64,000 nt of DNA. Origin: Candidatus Bathyarchaeota archaeon (GTDB lineage: Archaea > Thermoproteota > Bathyarchaeia > Bathyarchaeales > Bathycorpusculaceae). The DNA lies in assembly GCA_963733095.1 (NCBI GenBank), contig CAVTBV010000012.1, positions 352,001-416,000 of the forward strand. Reading direction: 5' to 3'. This document shows, piece after piece, positions 39,793 through 50,370 of this stretch. The notes below the pieces were generated by a model. It was not told the origin of the DNA and searched no databases. It saw only the letters and a program-made list of their open reading frames with translations. Both the position numbers and the translations under genes were made by a program. Each line of letters starts with the position of its first letter. The first letter of the stretch is position 1.

Positions 39793-40170
39793 CTCTTTTC
39801 TTTTTCTTATAAACGCGCTTGCCGTGAAAACCAGCACTAGCACGCTAAGTGAAACAGTTATTGAAACGAAATTAATTCCGATGGGTGAGAGCCCCAAGAA
39901 TAAGCCGACCAGCCCGTCCAGTCCAAAGCTTAATGCCACTGATAAAGTGATTTTTTCAACTATGTCAAGCTTGTTTTTGCCCAAAAATAAGGTGTTAACT
40001 AAACAATAACCAGGCAGAAAAGCGATGAAAACAAAAGCAAAAACATAACGCGGAACCAAATAGAAGGTAAGTTCTGAATTATTTGGAACAAGATAAGTCA
40101 CTACTAATGTTAAAACTGTAAACGCGACAATTATTTCAAGCCATTTTAGAGGTTTCAGTTTTTTTAGCAC
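39748..40170 (-). CDS. DUF1616-like membrane protein
   Basis: FLPGY..LF...LDIVEKITLSVALS motif, 4 TM. Confidence 0.7.
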   Translation of the reverse strand: MLKKLKPLKWLEIIVAFTVLTLVVTYLVPNNSELTFYLVPRYVFAFVFIAFLPGYCLVNTLFLGKNKLDIVEKITLSVALSFGLDGLVGLFLGLSPIGINFVSITVSLSVLVLVFTASAFIRKRKELPVLQVQSPQQISA

Positions 40171-40213
40171 TCACTTCTAAATTTAAAAAAAATAAAAAAT
40201 AAGGGAAGAATGT

Positions 40214-41125
40214 TTACATGAACATCTTATAGATTGGATGTGACTCTTCAAGGGGTCTTGTTCCAAGGTCGCCTGCTGCTGATGCGATGTATGTGTCTGT
40301 GACTGCGACTGCTGGGAATACCCATTCAGCTTGTTCTGCTGGTCCAATCATAAGCCAGTTTGCGCCTGCCACTTGCATGATTGCGTTTGTTGCGGTTCTG
40401 CAGCCTGGACGGAATTCTTTAGCGACGTTTGCTTTGACCCAACCCATGGTTGTAACAACGTTGCCGCTGCCTAAGCCGACTGGATGACCATACTTCTCTT
40501 TCATGACAGGTATAGTTCTGACGGCTGTTCCCATGTCTGGTTCGAACGCTGGAATGGCTGTGTCGATTAGTGGTTTTGTGATACCGCCTTTATCTGCTAA
40601 TGCGAGGGCTTCAACGATAACGTTCATTTTACCTTCCATAGTTGTGTCTTTTGGATCGTCAGCAAGCACTATGGACATTTTGATGCCACTGTCTTTGAGG
40701 TTTGCTAGTTCAACATCGGTTACGCCTTTGTAAACGGAGTTGTAGAGGCATCTATCTGAAAGACCCATCTTTTTGGCTAATGTTGCTGCTGCCATACGGG
40801 TCTTTGGACTCATTGCGTCGAGCATGAGTGGTGCGTCAGTGTGTTGTGGTACGAAGTCAATGTATTTTTCGAATGCAGCTTCTGTTGTGCCGACAATGTC
40901 GAGAGCGAATTTGACACCGGTTATGTCGCTTTGGGTTTGGCATGTGTTGATGATTTGTTCTGCTACTTTAGCATCAAAAATTCCTTTGTTTGCATCGGTA
41001 ACCATTTTTTGACCTAGCCAAAAGATGGAACCGATCAGGAAGGTTGGATTTTCTCCTGGTTGACCACCGATTTTTGCCCCAGCGAGATCATATATTTTTT
41101 GTTCGGTATTGAACTTAAAGGACAA
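40214..41125 (-). CDS. mtrH: MtrH-family pterin:corrinoid methyltransferase
   Basis: FKFNTEQK, IGGQPGENPTFLIGSIF, YNS, PLIDTA and YGHPVGLG. Confidence 0.85.
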   Translation of the reverse strand: MSFKFNTEQKIYDLAGAKIGGQPGENPTFLIGSIFWLGQKMVTDANKGIFDAKVAEQIINTCQTQSDITGVKFALDIVGTTEAAFEKYIDFVPQHTDAPLMLDAMSPKTRMAAATLAKKMGLSDRCLYNSVYKGVTDVELANLKDSGIKMSIVLADDPKDTTMEGKMNVIVEALALADKGGITKPLIDTAIPAFEPDMGTAVRTIPVMKEKYGHPVGLGSGNVVTTMGWVKANVAKEFRPGCRTATNAIMQVAGANWLMIGPAEQAEWVFPAVAVTDTYIASAAGDLGTRPLEESHPIYKMFM

Positions 41126-41147
41126 GTTTTTTCCACTTCGAATGGAT

Positions 41148-41573
41148 TTATTTCTTCAGTGCTTTCTTTGCTAGCTCGGGAGCTTCTTCTTTGTTCTTGC
41201 CGAAGAGTGCGCCCATTGCATCAGCATCTTCTTTTTTGACTGCAGCGCCGCCCATGATTATTCCGACTTTGTCTTTGAGACCTGCAGCTTTGAGCAGTTC
41301 GTCGAGTTTTGCAAGGTTGTTTTTTGCTGGAACTGTGTTGACTGAAATTGCTATTAAGTTTGCATTGTTTTCTCTTGCTTTGTCAATGAAGACTTGTGGT
41401 GCAACGCTCTTTCCAACATCGATAGTTTTGAATCCTGCGCGTTTTAGAGACCGCCTAACTGCTTCTTTCGCAGTGTCATGCATGTCTGGTTCAATGTTTC
41501 CGATAACAACTATGCCGATTGGATTCGCTGGTTCTGGAGGCTCTTTTTCCATCATAGATTTAAGCCAAGACAT
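41148..41573 (-). CDS. Stand-alone corrinoid (B12-binding) protein
   Basis: DMHD axial His motif, GF..IDVG and IMGGA. Confidence 0.85.
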   Translation of the reverse strand: MSWLKSMMEKEPPEPANPIGIVVIGNIEPDMHDTAKEAVRRSLKRAGFKTIDVGKSVAPQVFIDKARENNANLIAISVNTVPAKNNLAKLDELLKAAGLKDKVGIIMGGAAVKKEDADAMGALFGKNKEEAPELAKKALKK

Positions 41574-41705
41574 TTAAACACCTTTTTTTCCTTTTTTAAT
41601 ACTCTGGGCTTTTTATACTCGAAATTCATATTTAACCTTTTACCAACAATTTCAGGGTAAGCTTATCAGGCGGGAAAGTAAATACTCAAAGCTAATCGAA
41701 CATAT

Positions 41706-44036
41706 TTGTTGCTTCTGTTAATCGTTACTTTCTCGTTCATCTACCGAATGCTTCTCATGTTTTGGAGCAGTTTTCCTTCCGGCGCTGACATTGGCTTGCA
41801 TAATAGTGTAATTTACTCCATTACTGGTTCAGGAAACACGAATTTTATGTATAACGCATATCAGATAGGCGGTGGCATATCACTTACTTTTCCAGGATAC
41901 CACATCTTCGCTTCCTGCATCGTCCTCATGACTGGACTTCCAGAGTACGTAGCTCAAGCAGCCATAGTGGCTTTGTTCTCATCATTAATCGTTCTATGCG
42001 CATTCTTGGTAACCAAGAGCATATGGTCAACGTCAGCCGCCTTCATCATAGCATTCTTGGTGGCTATTTCACGCTTTGATATAGAAATGCTCCTCTGGGG
42101 CGGATACCCAAACGTCATAACTTTAATGTTGATTCCATTAACCTTCTATTTGTTCTTACAAAAAGACCGCTTTTCCCTGACTCCTTTTCTTGTTTCAACT
42201 TCTATTTTGGCAGGCACAATATTTTTAACGCATTCCTTGAGCGCAGGCATTTTCGTTGGTGTAACATTTCTAACTGTTCTTTTCATACTCATTTCACCCC
42301 AAAAATTCGGTACCCAAAGAAAAACGGGTCTCTACTTGTTACTGCCTATAGTTGGTGGAGTTATCCTTGTTCTGCCTTTTCTGATTCAGGCTATACCTAC
42401 CTATTTGAGCGATAACTCTTCAGCTCCAGGTGTTCCAGGGGTACAAGACATCAACTCTGCAATACTTTCAACTAGAATACTTCCTTTAGAGTTTGTTTTA
42501 CCTCTCTTCGCCATAATTATCGCCTACGTGTTATTCTCCAAAACATACAAAGGACGATTTCTCAGTCTTCCGGTTCTTCTTCTTTCCGTTTGGCTTTTTG
42601 TTCCCCTATTTTTAACCCAAGGCTACCTGTTCGGGTTCATCATCGATTACAACCGATTCCTATACTTCATCATTCTACCAGTTTTGATTTTTATTGCGGT
42701 GTTAATTGACCACGGCGCAGGATTCTTCGCAGGAATAGCTGACTTTTACCGTTCACTGCCAGTCAAAATGAATAAAACAAAGCAAATCACTGACAAAAAA
42801 ATCGTATGGCTCTCCGCTCACTTAACGCACAAGACGGTATATGCAGGATTTATCCTGTTTTTCTTGTTGTTTTCATTTCTTTTTATCCCAATCTTTATGA
42901 CCCCCTCCCAAAATGTCGGTGAAACAATCCAAAACTTCTACCAAGTCATGAATAATCCCGGTTGGGAGGCAATCCAGTGGGCAAAACAGAATACGCCAAC
43001 CAACTCTGTGTTTGTTTCTGACGCACTCTACGGCTGGTGGTTTTCAGGTTTCGCACAACGGCCGACGTTGAGCGCTGTTGACCCACAATACTTGACCAGC
43101 GCCCGAGAAGTAGACCCTGCAATAAACGCCACTAATCTTCTTGACACAGATTATTTGTTGGATAATGGGTTGGTTCAGGTTCGAGAGGATGGAGGATACC
43201 TTGCCAGACACAACCCAGAAATCTTAGCAACACTCAACTGGACATACTTCCCCTACTCGTTCTTCACATTTGACAGTGACGATGTCCAAATCTTCTATAC
43301 AGTAAGTGGAAACATGACGTCGGTAATGTTGGATCAGCTTACCGTAAAACAGATGCAGATGCAAAAGGTAACTGAAGAAAATAACACCACGCTCCAAGCC
43401 GCTGTCACCATAGTAAGAGGCAACGATTACTTCAACTATACCCAAATAACCACAGTTTACAAGGGAGTACAGTTTGTTAACCTGACGACAACAATAGATA
43501 CCACAAGTCCAGGCGTTTCTTTAAACTTGCTTCTTATGAACGTAGAAAGTAAAGGTTACCAAATTTCCTACCCCGACATCCGCACAGTCTGCATGATCGA
43601 TGAAGGCGTAAAAGCTTTTGGCCAACTAATCTTTGCGGTTAATCAACCGGCAGTCAATGTGCAAACGGTCTCGCCGCGCCTAATTGACTTACAGTATAAC
43701 TTGGGGGGCAAGTCTCAAGTGCAACTGCAAATTTCGGCAAGTGCATACTCAGTCACCGATGACCTGCAATACTACAAGGACCCAACAACTGTAAGCAACC
43801 ACTTTGCCCCAATGATCGCGGATAACTTGAACGCAAATCAAAAACCATCCGACACTCTGTTCAAACAAACCTTTGATTACCTAGCAGAAATACGAAACCA
43901 CTCGGTATCCTACATTGCCTGTCGTGTTCCTGAAATGTATCCGAAATTTCTATGGGACCCAGCATTTAGCCTTGTATTTATTAACGCAGAAGTTGCAATC
44001 TTTATGGTAAATGGGAACCTCAATCAAAACGGGTGA
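41706..44036 (+). CDS. GT-C-like polytopic membrane protein with large extracellular domain (paralog 1)
   Basis: GADIGLH, PGYH, WGGYPN, LTH, more than 10 TM helices, AIQWAKQNTP. Confidence 0.7.
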   Translation: MLLLLIVTFSFIYRMLLMFWSSFPSGADIGLHNSVIYSITGSGNTNFMYNAYQIGGGISLTFPGYHIFASCIVLMTGLPEYVAQAAIVALFSSLIVLCAFLVTKSIWSTSAAFIIAFLVAISRFDIEMLLWGGYPNVITLMLIPLTFYLFLQKDRFSLTPFLVSTSILAGTIFLTHSLSAGIFVGVTFLTVLFILISPQKFGTQRKTGLYLLLPIVGGVILVLPFLIQAIPTYLSDNSSAPGVPGVQDINSAILSTRILPLEFVLPLFAIIIAYVLFSKTYKGRFLSLPVLLLSVWLFVPLFLTQGYLFGFIIDYNRFLYFIILPVLIFIAVLIDHGAGFFAGIADFYRSLPVKMNKTKQITDKKIVWLSAHLTHKTVYAGFILFFLLFSFLFIPIFMTPSQNVGETIQNFYQVMNNPGWEAIQWAKQNTPTNSVFVSDALYGWWFSGFAQRPTLSAVDPQYLTSAREVDPAINATNLLDTDYLLDNGLVQVREDGGYLARHNPEILATLNWTYFPYSFFTFDSDDVQIFYTVSGNMTSVMLDQLTVKQMQMQKVTEENNTTLQAAVTIVRGNDYFNYTQITTVYKGVQFVNLTTTIDTTSPGVSLNLLLMNVESKGYQISYPDIRTVCMIDEGVKAFGQLIFAVNQPAVNVQTVSPRLIDLQYNLGGKSQVQLQISASAYSVTDDLQYYKDPTTVSNHFAPMIADNLNANQKPSDTLFKQTFDYLAEIRNHSVSYIACRVPEMYPKFLWDPAFSLVFINAEVAIFMVNGNLNQNG

Positions 44037-46345
44037 GCATGATCTTCTCGATAAGCGCTATGTCTAAAGAGAAAAAAATTGAAATAGCCTTCATCACTAT
44101 TTTCTCAGTTCTTATCTTCGCCATCTTCTACACCGTTGTATCCATGAACGGTGTAGTCTTAGGAAATGACCCAGCGGTACACTTAGAAAAAGCTCAAATT
44201 TTCTTAAACACCGGAAAAATTCCGTTGGCGAACTTGGGTTGGACACCACCACTCTACGAGATTGTGCTCGCAATGTTCATTTCTCTAACAGGGGCAACCG
44301 ACATTGGACAACTGATATTCCTAGTTAAATTCTTAGCTGCAATAGTAGATTGGCTACTGTTCTTCTCGGTGTACTTGATTGCCAGCAAATTTTTTAGCAA
44401 AAGAGTGGGAATGGTTGCTTCCGTTCTGCTGCTGATGTGTTTTCCCATTTATGAAGCCAACCAATTTGGCGGATACACCACTGTTCTAGCTTTGGCGTTT
44501 ATACTCTTGGTGTTTCTTTATACACCGTTAGCAATAGAGCGGTTTGGTTATCTGGTAGTTACTTTTTTTGTTGCTTTCGGGGTTGTTTTGTCCCATCAGC
44601 TTGCCGCGTTCCTTGCAGTCTTTATTATGCCGCCTGTGCTGATTTTCATGTTAATCAAGGGAAAAGGGGCGTACCTTAAAGTCGTCATGGCACTGATTTT
44701 AGGCGGAGGAATAGCATTTTTCCTCTATTATTTCCAAGCCATGATTGGGTACCTTGACCTCGTTATCGAGTACGTATTTTTCGCTGTAAAAACCTACGCC
44801 TACCAGATTCCAGCGGCAAGTTTTAACGCTTTTATTAATAATTTTGGCTTCATCCTCTTCTTTGCCTTAGCTGGCATGTTCGTTTCATACTTCGTCTTAA
44901 AAAAACAAAAGAAAATGATTTTCTACTTAACATTGATGCTTAGTTTCTTTGTTCCGTTTTTCTTTGCTGAATCGTACCTTTTTGGTTTTTACATGCCCTT
45001 CGGCTGGTTTATCTACTATTTGACGCCTGTAATGGCAATTCTGGCAGCAGTCTCTACTGTTTTCTTAGCCGAAAAGTCCCACACATTCTATATTAAAAAT
45101 AGACAAATGTTCAGAAAAAATTGGTTAAAGATAACTACCGTCGCCATAATAATATTGGTATCTATCATGCTTGTTTACCGCTCCGACATAGTTTACGGAA
45201 AAATCATGGAAGCCAGTGTTTACTATTCAACCACAGATGTAAAAGCCTACGATGCAGGTGTGTGGCTCAACGCAAACTACCCTGGAAACAGCACCGTCAT
45301 CGCAACGGAGACACCGGGCTTTTGGTTCCAAGAGTTTTCAGGTAAAAACGTTATAGCACAAACTGACCCAACCGTGCAGAGAAACGAAATTGCCGAATCA
45401 GTACTGAGTTTATCCTATGAAATTGAACATCCACAAACCCTCATCAGGGCTTACGAAGCAGGAGGCGACATCTCCGAAGAAACCTACATCTCCATAGACC
45501 AGGTTTGGAACAGGGTTTCTTACTTCTCGGAAAGCGGCGCCTTCCTCTCATACACCGTAAACGGAACCAACTACAAACAAATCCCGCTCGCAAATCTAAC
45601 CAAGCAAATAGTTTTCGACGAACAAAGTTCTCCAAAAAAAATAGAGCTCACTTACTCTAACAATTACTTAGCATTAACAAAAACAACAGTAGTCGAAAAC
45701 ACCAGTTATCCCCTAGACGTTTCTTGGACGGTGACATCGCTAAAGAGCGAAGTCTTCAACGCAACACTATACTTGAGCACTTTCTTTGATCTCAAATACG
45801 ACTTCGAAAAAGCCCAAATCCCCGGGCTTCTAGATTGGGTTAACCCATGGGATGCGCCTCAACCCATAAAAACCGTCGATGGAAAAGAATGGGCAGTCGC
45901 AAGCTTTGTAAGCGCAAACTTGAAGGACAATTACATAGGAGTCTACGACGACAAAGACAGCATAGCTTTCGCGTTCAAGTTTAATGATTTGCCCGTATGG
46001 GGAAACATCGGTGCTTTGGGAAACAGGCAGATTGATGCAGTCAGGTTCCAGTACCAATTCAACGACCTAAATGTCAACCAATCCGATTCGCGCTCATACC
46101 AGGTTCTTACTTTGTCAAAAAACACTTTCCCAGCACTTCAGCCAGACGCATTAATAGGGTTGTTTAAATTAAAAACAGCTGAATTCACCGTGTCAGCAAG
46201 AGACTACACGGATTACATCAAAGAAAACAACATAGGCTTCATCGTCTACGACCGAAACCACTTAGACACCAAAATGAGCCACAGCAAACTCTTACAACTG
46301 ATCTACTCAAACGACCGATACGTCATCTTCAAAATCCTAAAGTAA
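44033..46345 (+). CDS. GT-C-like polytopic membrane protein (paralog 2)
   Basis: GNDPAVH, PPLY, FGGY, LSHQ, WLNANYP and LIYSNDRYVIF. Overlaps the upstream gene by GTGA. Confidence 0.7.
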   Translation: MSMIFSISAMSKEKKIEIAFITIFSVLIFAIFYTVVSMNGVVLGNDPAVHLEKAQIFLNTGKIPLANLGWTPPLYEIVLAMFISLTGATDIGQLIFLVKFLAAIVDWLLFFSVYLIASKFFSKRVGMVASVLLLMCFPIYEANQFGGYTTVLALAFILLVFLYTPLAIERFGYLVVTFFVAFGVVLSHQLAAFLAVFIMPPVLIFMLIKGKGAYLKVVMALILGGGIAFFLYYFQAMIGYLDLVIEYVFFAVKTYAYQIPAASFNAFINNFGFILFFALAGMFVSYFVLKKQKKMIFYLTLMLSFFVPFFFAESYLFGFYMPFGWFIYYLTPVMAILAAVSTVFLAEKSHTFYIKNRQMFRKNWLKITTVAIIILVSIMLVYRSDIVYGKIMEASVYYSTTDVKAYDAGVWLNANYPGNSTVIATETPGFWFQEFSGKNVIAQTDPTVQRNEIAESVLSLSYEIEHPQTLIRAYEAGGDISEETYISIDQVWNRVSYFSESGAFLSYTVNGTNYKQIPLANLTKQIVFDEQSSPKKIELTYSNNYLALTKTTVVENTSYPLDVSWTVTSLKSEVFNATLYLSTFFDLKYDFEKAQIPGLLDWVNPWDAPQPIKTVDGKEWAVASFVSANLKDNYIGVYDDKDSIAFAFKFNDLPVWGNIGALGNRQIDAVRFQYQFNDLNVNQSDSRSYQVLTLSKNTFPALQPDALIGLFKLKTAEFTVSARDYTDYIKENNIGFIVYDRNHLDTKMSHSKLLQLIYSNDRYVIFKILK

Positions 46346-46548
46346 TAGCCATAATGAAATTTCGAGTTGTCCTCCCTCTACTGGTTTCTGAAATGAGTTT
46401 CTCCCTATATAGGCAATAGCGCAATGATTGGATATTTAGTATCCAAATAAGCTTTAACACATCTGTAGAGCAGATGTTAGTTGAAAGCGTTTCTTCTCAA
46501 AACATTTAAAGGTATTAGCGCTAACAGGTTAATCGTGGAGCAGACAAT

Positions 46549-46785
46549 TTGAAGTTTACAAAACACAGTTTGGTAATCGTTTGCGTTTTTGCATTTTTGT
46601 TGAGTGCGAAGCCAGCTTTAGGCTGGAGCAACGGCGGCTACTCAGACAATCCAGCGCAGCAAGACTATGGAACGCACGACTGGATTGCACAGCACGCTTT
46701 GCAGATTTGGCTGTTTTTGGGCACGTTTGCTTCGTTATCAGGAACTGAGTTACCCAATAAATTCATCAAAACAACACTGACCTAA
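46549..46785 (+). pseudogene. Truncated zinc-dependent phospholipase C/S1-P1-like fragment
   Basis: Signal peptide then WSNGGYS...YGTHDWIAQHAL. Homology is lost after about 50 aa. Confidence 0.55.
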
Positions 46786-46929
46786 GGGCTAATAATGATA
46801 TGTTACTGTTGGAAATCAACTACAGACAAAAAGATTCCATGAAATAGTTAATCTGCAACAATGCTGAAACATTTTTTTGGATGTTAGATATGCAAAAAGA
46901 AAAGAGCATGTCTAAAGAATACTCTTTAG

Positions 46930-47196
46930 GTGTGCATTGTGCTTTCCGCGTTTATTATAGTCCCTGTTCCAGCGTATTCTCAGTATTTGATTTGCCCAAA
47001 ATGCAGATCCCAAGTAGCTTTCATGTCTAACTACTGTGATTTCTGCGGTGAACCCCTAAAAACAAAAATTTTTCTGAAAATTTGTCCAAAATGTAAAACC
47101 AGAATGCCAGTTGTAACAAATTTTTGCGCAGAATGTGGACAAAAACAAGATACGCCACCCTTGGACGAAACGGCAAAACTTTGCCAGCAAACATAG
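46930..47196 (+). CDS. Double zinc-ribbon protein
   Basis: Four CxxC pairs: CPKC, CDFCG, CPKC, CAECG. Confidence 0.7.
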   Translation: MCIVLSAFIIVPVPAYSQYLICPKCRSQVAFMSNYCDFCGEPLKTKIFLKICPKCKTRMPVVTNFCAECGQKQDTPPLDETAKLCQQT

Positions 47197-47265
47197 AAGA
47201 GTAAGCTGCATCCAAGAAAAGTCGCGATTTCTTTGAATTACAAGCAAGAAACTTAAATATTATAG

Positions 47266-48348
47266 ATGATAATCAAAACGCGGATGACTCTTACTCAAAC
47301 TATTCAGCAGATTCTAAACATTAACGCAGGTACAGCCGAAATCTTAGCCTCAATAATCTTATTGACGATTGTTGCCTGCGTCGGTTTGGGAATTTATCTT
47401 GTTTTCAACAGGTACTTTTGTAAGTGGACACAAAAAACTGCAACAACATTAGATGACGACGTTCTTGCTGCTGTTAAAATCATTATAATCGTAATGATCG
47501 TGGTAATTGGCATTGAATACGCACTTAACCCACTCTCTTTACTTCAGCCTTACAAAAGCACATTAAACGGAGTCTTTACTGTTCTTGAAATCTTCTTAGG
47601 CGCGTTTGCCGTTACGCGGGTCTCAAACATAGTGGCAGACTGGTACACAAGCAAAACTGCGCTCATAGCTGGAAAAAACAGCCGCCACCTACTGTTCATC
47701 TTAAAGAAAATCATACAAATAATAGTCTACATCAGCGCTTTCCTCATTATACTCTACGTATTTAAAGTTGACCTTACAGGTGCAGTGGTTGGCTTAGGAG
47801 TCGGAGGCATCGCCATAGCATTCGCCTTACAGAGCACTTTAAGCGATTTCTTTAGCGCTTTCTCAATCTACTTTGATAGGCCCTTCGAAATAGACGACTT
47901 CATCGTAGTGGGAGACTACAGCGGAACAGTAAAAAACATCGGCGTCAGATCCACAAGGATCAAGCTTCTCCAAGGCGAAGAACTCGTTATATCTAACAAG
48001 GAATTAACCGCGGGTACCGTGCGGAACTTTAGAAAACTGGAGAAGAGACGCGTAACATTCAATATTGGAGTAACCTACGACACATCCGTTGTAAAACTCA
48101 GAAAAATCCCCGGAATAATCACGTATATTATTAATAACATGGATTCAACAACGTTTGACCGAGTAAACTTTACTGAGTTCGGAGATTTCAGCTTAAAATT
48201 CCTCGTAATCTACTACGTAAACTCAGCGGATTGGGGAAAATATTTGGATTTGCAGGAGAAAATCAACTTTGCCATTAAAGAAGCGTTTGAACGTGAAGAC
48301 ATAGAGATGGCGTTCCCAACCAGCACAGTCTATGTAAAAAAAGATTAA
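47266..48348 (+). CDS. mscS: MscS mechanosensitive channel
   Basis: GIAIAFALQ, DRPF..DD.I, IGVRSTRI, IGVTYDT and IEMAFPT. Confidence 0.9.
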   Translation: MIIKTRMTLTQTIQQILNINAGTAEILASIILLTIVACVGLGIYLVFNRYFCKWTQKTATTLDDDVLAAVKIIIIVMIVVIGIEYALNPLSLLQPYKSTLNGVFTVLEIFLGAFAVTRVSNIVADWYTSKTALIAGKNSRHLLFILKKIIQIIVYISAFLIILYVFKVDLTGAVVGLGVGGIAIAFALQSTLSDFFSAFSIYFDRPFEIDDFIVVGDYSGTVKNIGVRSTRIKLLQGEELVISNKELTAGTVRNFRKLEKRRVTFNIGVTYDTSVVKLRKIPGIITYIINNMDSTTFDRVNFTEFGDFSLKFLVIYYVNSADWGKYLDLQEKINFAIKEAFEREDIEMAFPTSTVYVKKD

Positions 48349-48372
48349 TCCAAAAAAGGATTTAGTTTTTTT

Positions 48373-49536
48373 TTATTTGAAGGCGCTGGCGATTCTCTGA
48401 CAAGCCTCAGCGATGCGTTCTTTGGGCTGCGTGAAAGTTATTCTTGCGTATCCTTCGCCATATGTTCCAAAGCCGACTCCCGGTGTCACAGCCACACCAG
48501 CATCCAGCAGCTTACTTGTGAACTGCATTGAATCGCCTTTGCAGTTTACCCAAACATAGAATGTTGCTTTGGGCTTATCGCATTGATAACCAATTTTGCA
48601 GAGTGTGTCAACGAGTAGGTCACGGCGTTCTTGGAGGGTTTGGTTGTTTTTCTTTAGGAATTCAGGAGCTTCCGCACTCTTGTAGGCTTCTAAAGCTTTG
48701 ATAGCGACTTTCTGTGTGTAGACTGGGGGTCCCGAGTCGATCTGAGATTTAACTATAGCTAAGCCTGCCACGAGCTTCTTGTTTCCGACGGCGAAGCCGA
48801 TGCGGTCGCCCGTCATGTTGAAAGTCTTGGAAAGCGAATTAAACTCAACAGCTACATCCATAGCTCCATCAATCTCCAATATACTCGGAGCACGGTACCC
48901 GTCATAGGTAATTTCTGAGTACGCGTTGTCGTAGCAGAGCATAATGTTGTTGTCTTTTGCGAAGTCGACTGCTTCTTTTAGGAATTTCTTGTCGACCGTT
49001 GCGGCGGTGGGGTTGTTTGGGTAGTTGATAAACATCATCTTGGCTTTCTCTGTATCGATTGCTTCGAAGTTGGGTTGGAAATTGTTCTCTTCCAGAAGCG
49101 GAATAGGCAACGCTACGCCGTCACAAAGGATGGTACTTCCATTTGCATACACCGGGTAGGCAGGGTTAGGCACCAATACGCGGTCGCCTGGATTTATGAA
49201 TGCGCGGGCGATGTTTGCTATTCCTTCTTTTGAGCCTAATAGTGCAACCACTTGGTCCTGTTGTAAGTCAACGTTGAAGCGTTTTTTGTACCATCCGACC
49301 ACGCCTTCGCGGAAGTCAGGTTCGCCTTGGCTAAAGGAGTAGTTGTGGTTCTTTATGTTGGATGCTTCTTGTTTGAGGGATTCGATGACGAATGGAGGGG
49401 GAGGAAGGTCTGGATCTCCGATGCTAAGTGAAATAAGGTCGATGCCTTGTGCCTTCTTTTCCTTTATAATTTTTTCTATTTCAGCAAACAGGTAAGGAGG
49501 TAAGCGTTTTATTCGATTTGCATATTCAAACGTCAT
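48373..49536 (-). CDS. dapL: LL-diaminopimelate aminotransferase
   Basis: LPPYLFA, LLGSKEG, NYPNNPT, DNAYSE and SLSKTFNMTG.RIG, plus dap operon context. Confidence 0.85.
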   Translation of the reverse strand: MTFEYANRIKRLPPYLFAEIEKIIKEKKAQGIDLISLSIGDPDLPPPPFVIESLKQEASNIKNHNYSFSQGEPDFREGVVGWYKKRFNVDLQQDQVVALLGSKEGIANIARAFINPGDRVLVPNPAYPVYANGSTILCDGVALPIPLLEENNFQPNFEAIDTEKAKMMFINYPNNPTAATVDKKFLKEAVDFAKDNNIMLCYDNAYSEITYDGYRAPSILEIDGAMDVAVEFNSLSKTFNMTGDRIGFAVGNKKLVAGLAIVKSQIDSGPPVYTQKVAIKALEAYKSAEAPEFLKKNNQTLQERRDLLVDTLCKIGYQCDKPKATFYVWVNCKGDSMQFTSKLLDAGVAVTPGVGFGTYGEGYARITFTQPKERIAEACQRIASAFK

Positions 49537-49539
49537 ATC

Positions 49540-50370
49540 TCATGGCTCCTTGAATAGAGTTCCTTGGTAAACTTTTTCGGCGGCACCACTTAGAAAAAGG
49601 GATTTGCCGACTTCAACTTGGAGATCTCCACCAAGCACGTGAACTGTAACTTTGTTGCCGACTTTTCCAAGCTTGTTTGCCGCAGCCACAGCCGCACAGG
49701 TACCAGTTCCGCACGCAAGGGTTTCTCCGCATCCGCGTTCCCAAACCCGAACCTTCAATTCACTCCGGTTTAGAACCTGGACAAAGCCAACGTTGGCTCG
49801 TTTTGGGAAAGCCTGATTGTTTTCAACTATTGGTCCGACGAAGTCTAGTGGAAATTCATCGATATTTTCCACGAAGATAATGCAGTGCGGGTTGCCCATG
49901 GAGAGGCAGGTTATTTTGTAGAGTTCGCCGTCAACTTTTAAATCCTCGTTAATGCATGTGCCTTTGCCTAGCATTGGAAGTGAAGCTCTTTCCCAGTTCG
50001 GCGCACCCATATCGACCTTGACTGTTAAAATTTCATTATCTTTGATTGTTAACCAAACATTCTTAATTCCCGAGAGCGTCTCGACGGCAAACTCGGTTTT
50101 CTCGACGATGCCGTTTTCGTAACAGTACTTGGAAAAGCAACGTATGCCGTTTCCGCACATCTCTGCTTCACTGCCATCAGCGTTGAAAATCCGCATCTTC
50201 GAATCAGCAATTTTTGATGAGGAAACGATCAACAGCCCATCAGCCCCAACTGAGAAGCGCCTTTCACAAAGCTTTTTAGCCAAAGCTGAAGCATCGCTAA
50301 TTTTCTGCTCTCTGTTATCAACCACGATGTAGTCGTTGCCTAAACCGTGCATCTTCCAAAAGCGCATCAA
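49540..50370 (-). CDS. dapF: Diaminopimelate epimerase
   Basis: KMHGLGND, EMCGNG, GNPH and ERGCGETLACGTG. Confidence 0.95.
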   Translation of the reverse strand: MMRFWKMHGLGNDYIVVDNREQKISDASALAKKLCERRFSVGADGLLIVSSSKIADSKMRIFNADGSEAEMCGNGIRCFSKYCYENGIVEKTEFAVETLSGIKNVWLTIKDNEILTVKVDMGAPNWERASLPMLGKGTCINEDLKVDGELYKITCLSMGNPHCIIFVENIDEFPLDFVGPIVENNQAFPKRANVGFVQVLNRSELKVRVWERGCGETLACGTGTCAAVAAANKLGKVGNKVTVHVLGGDLQVEVGKSLFLSGAAEKVYQGTLFKEP

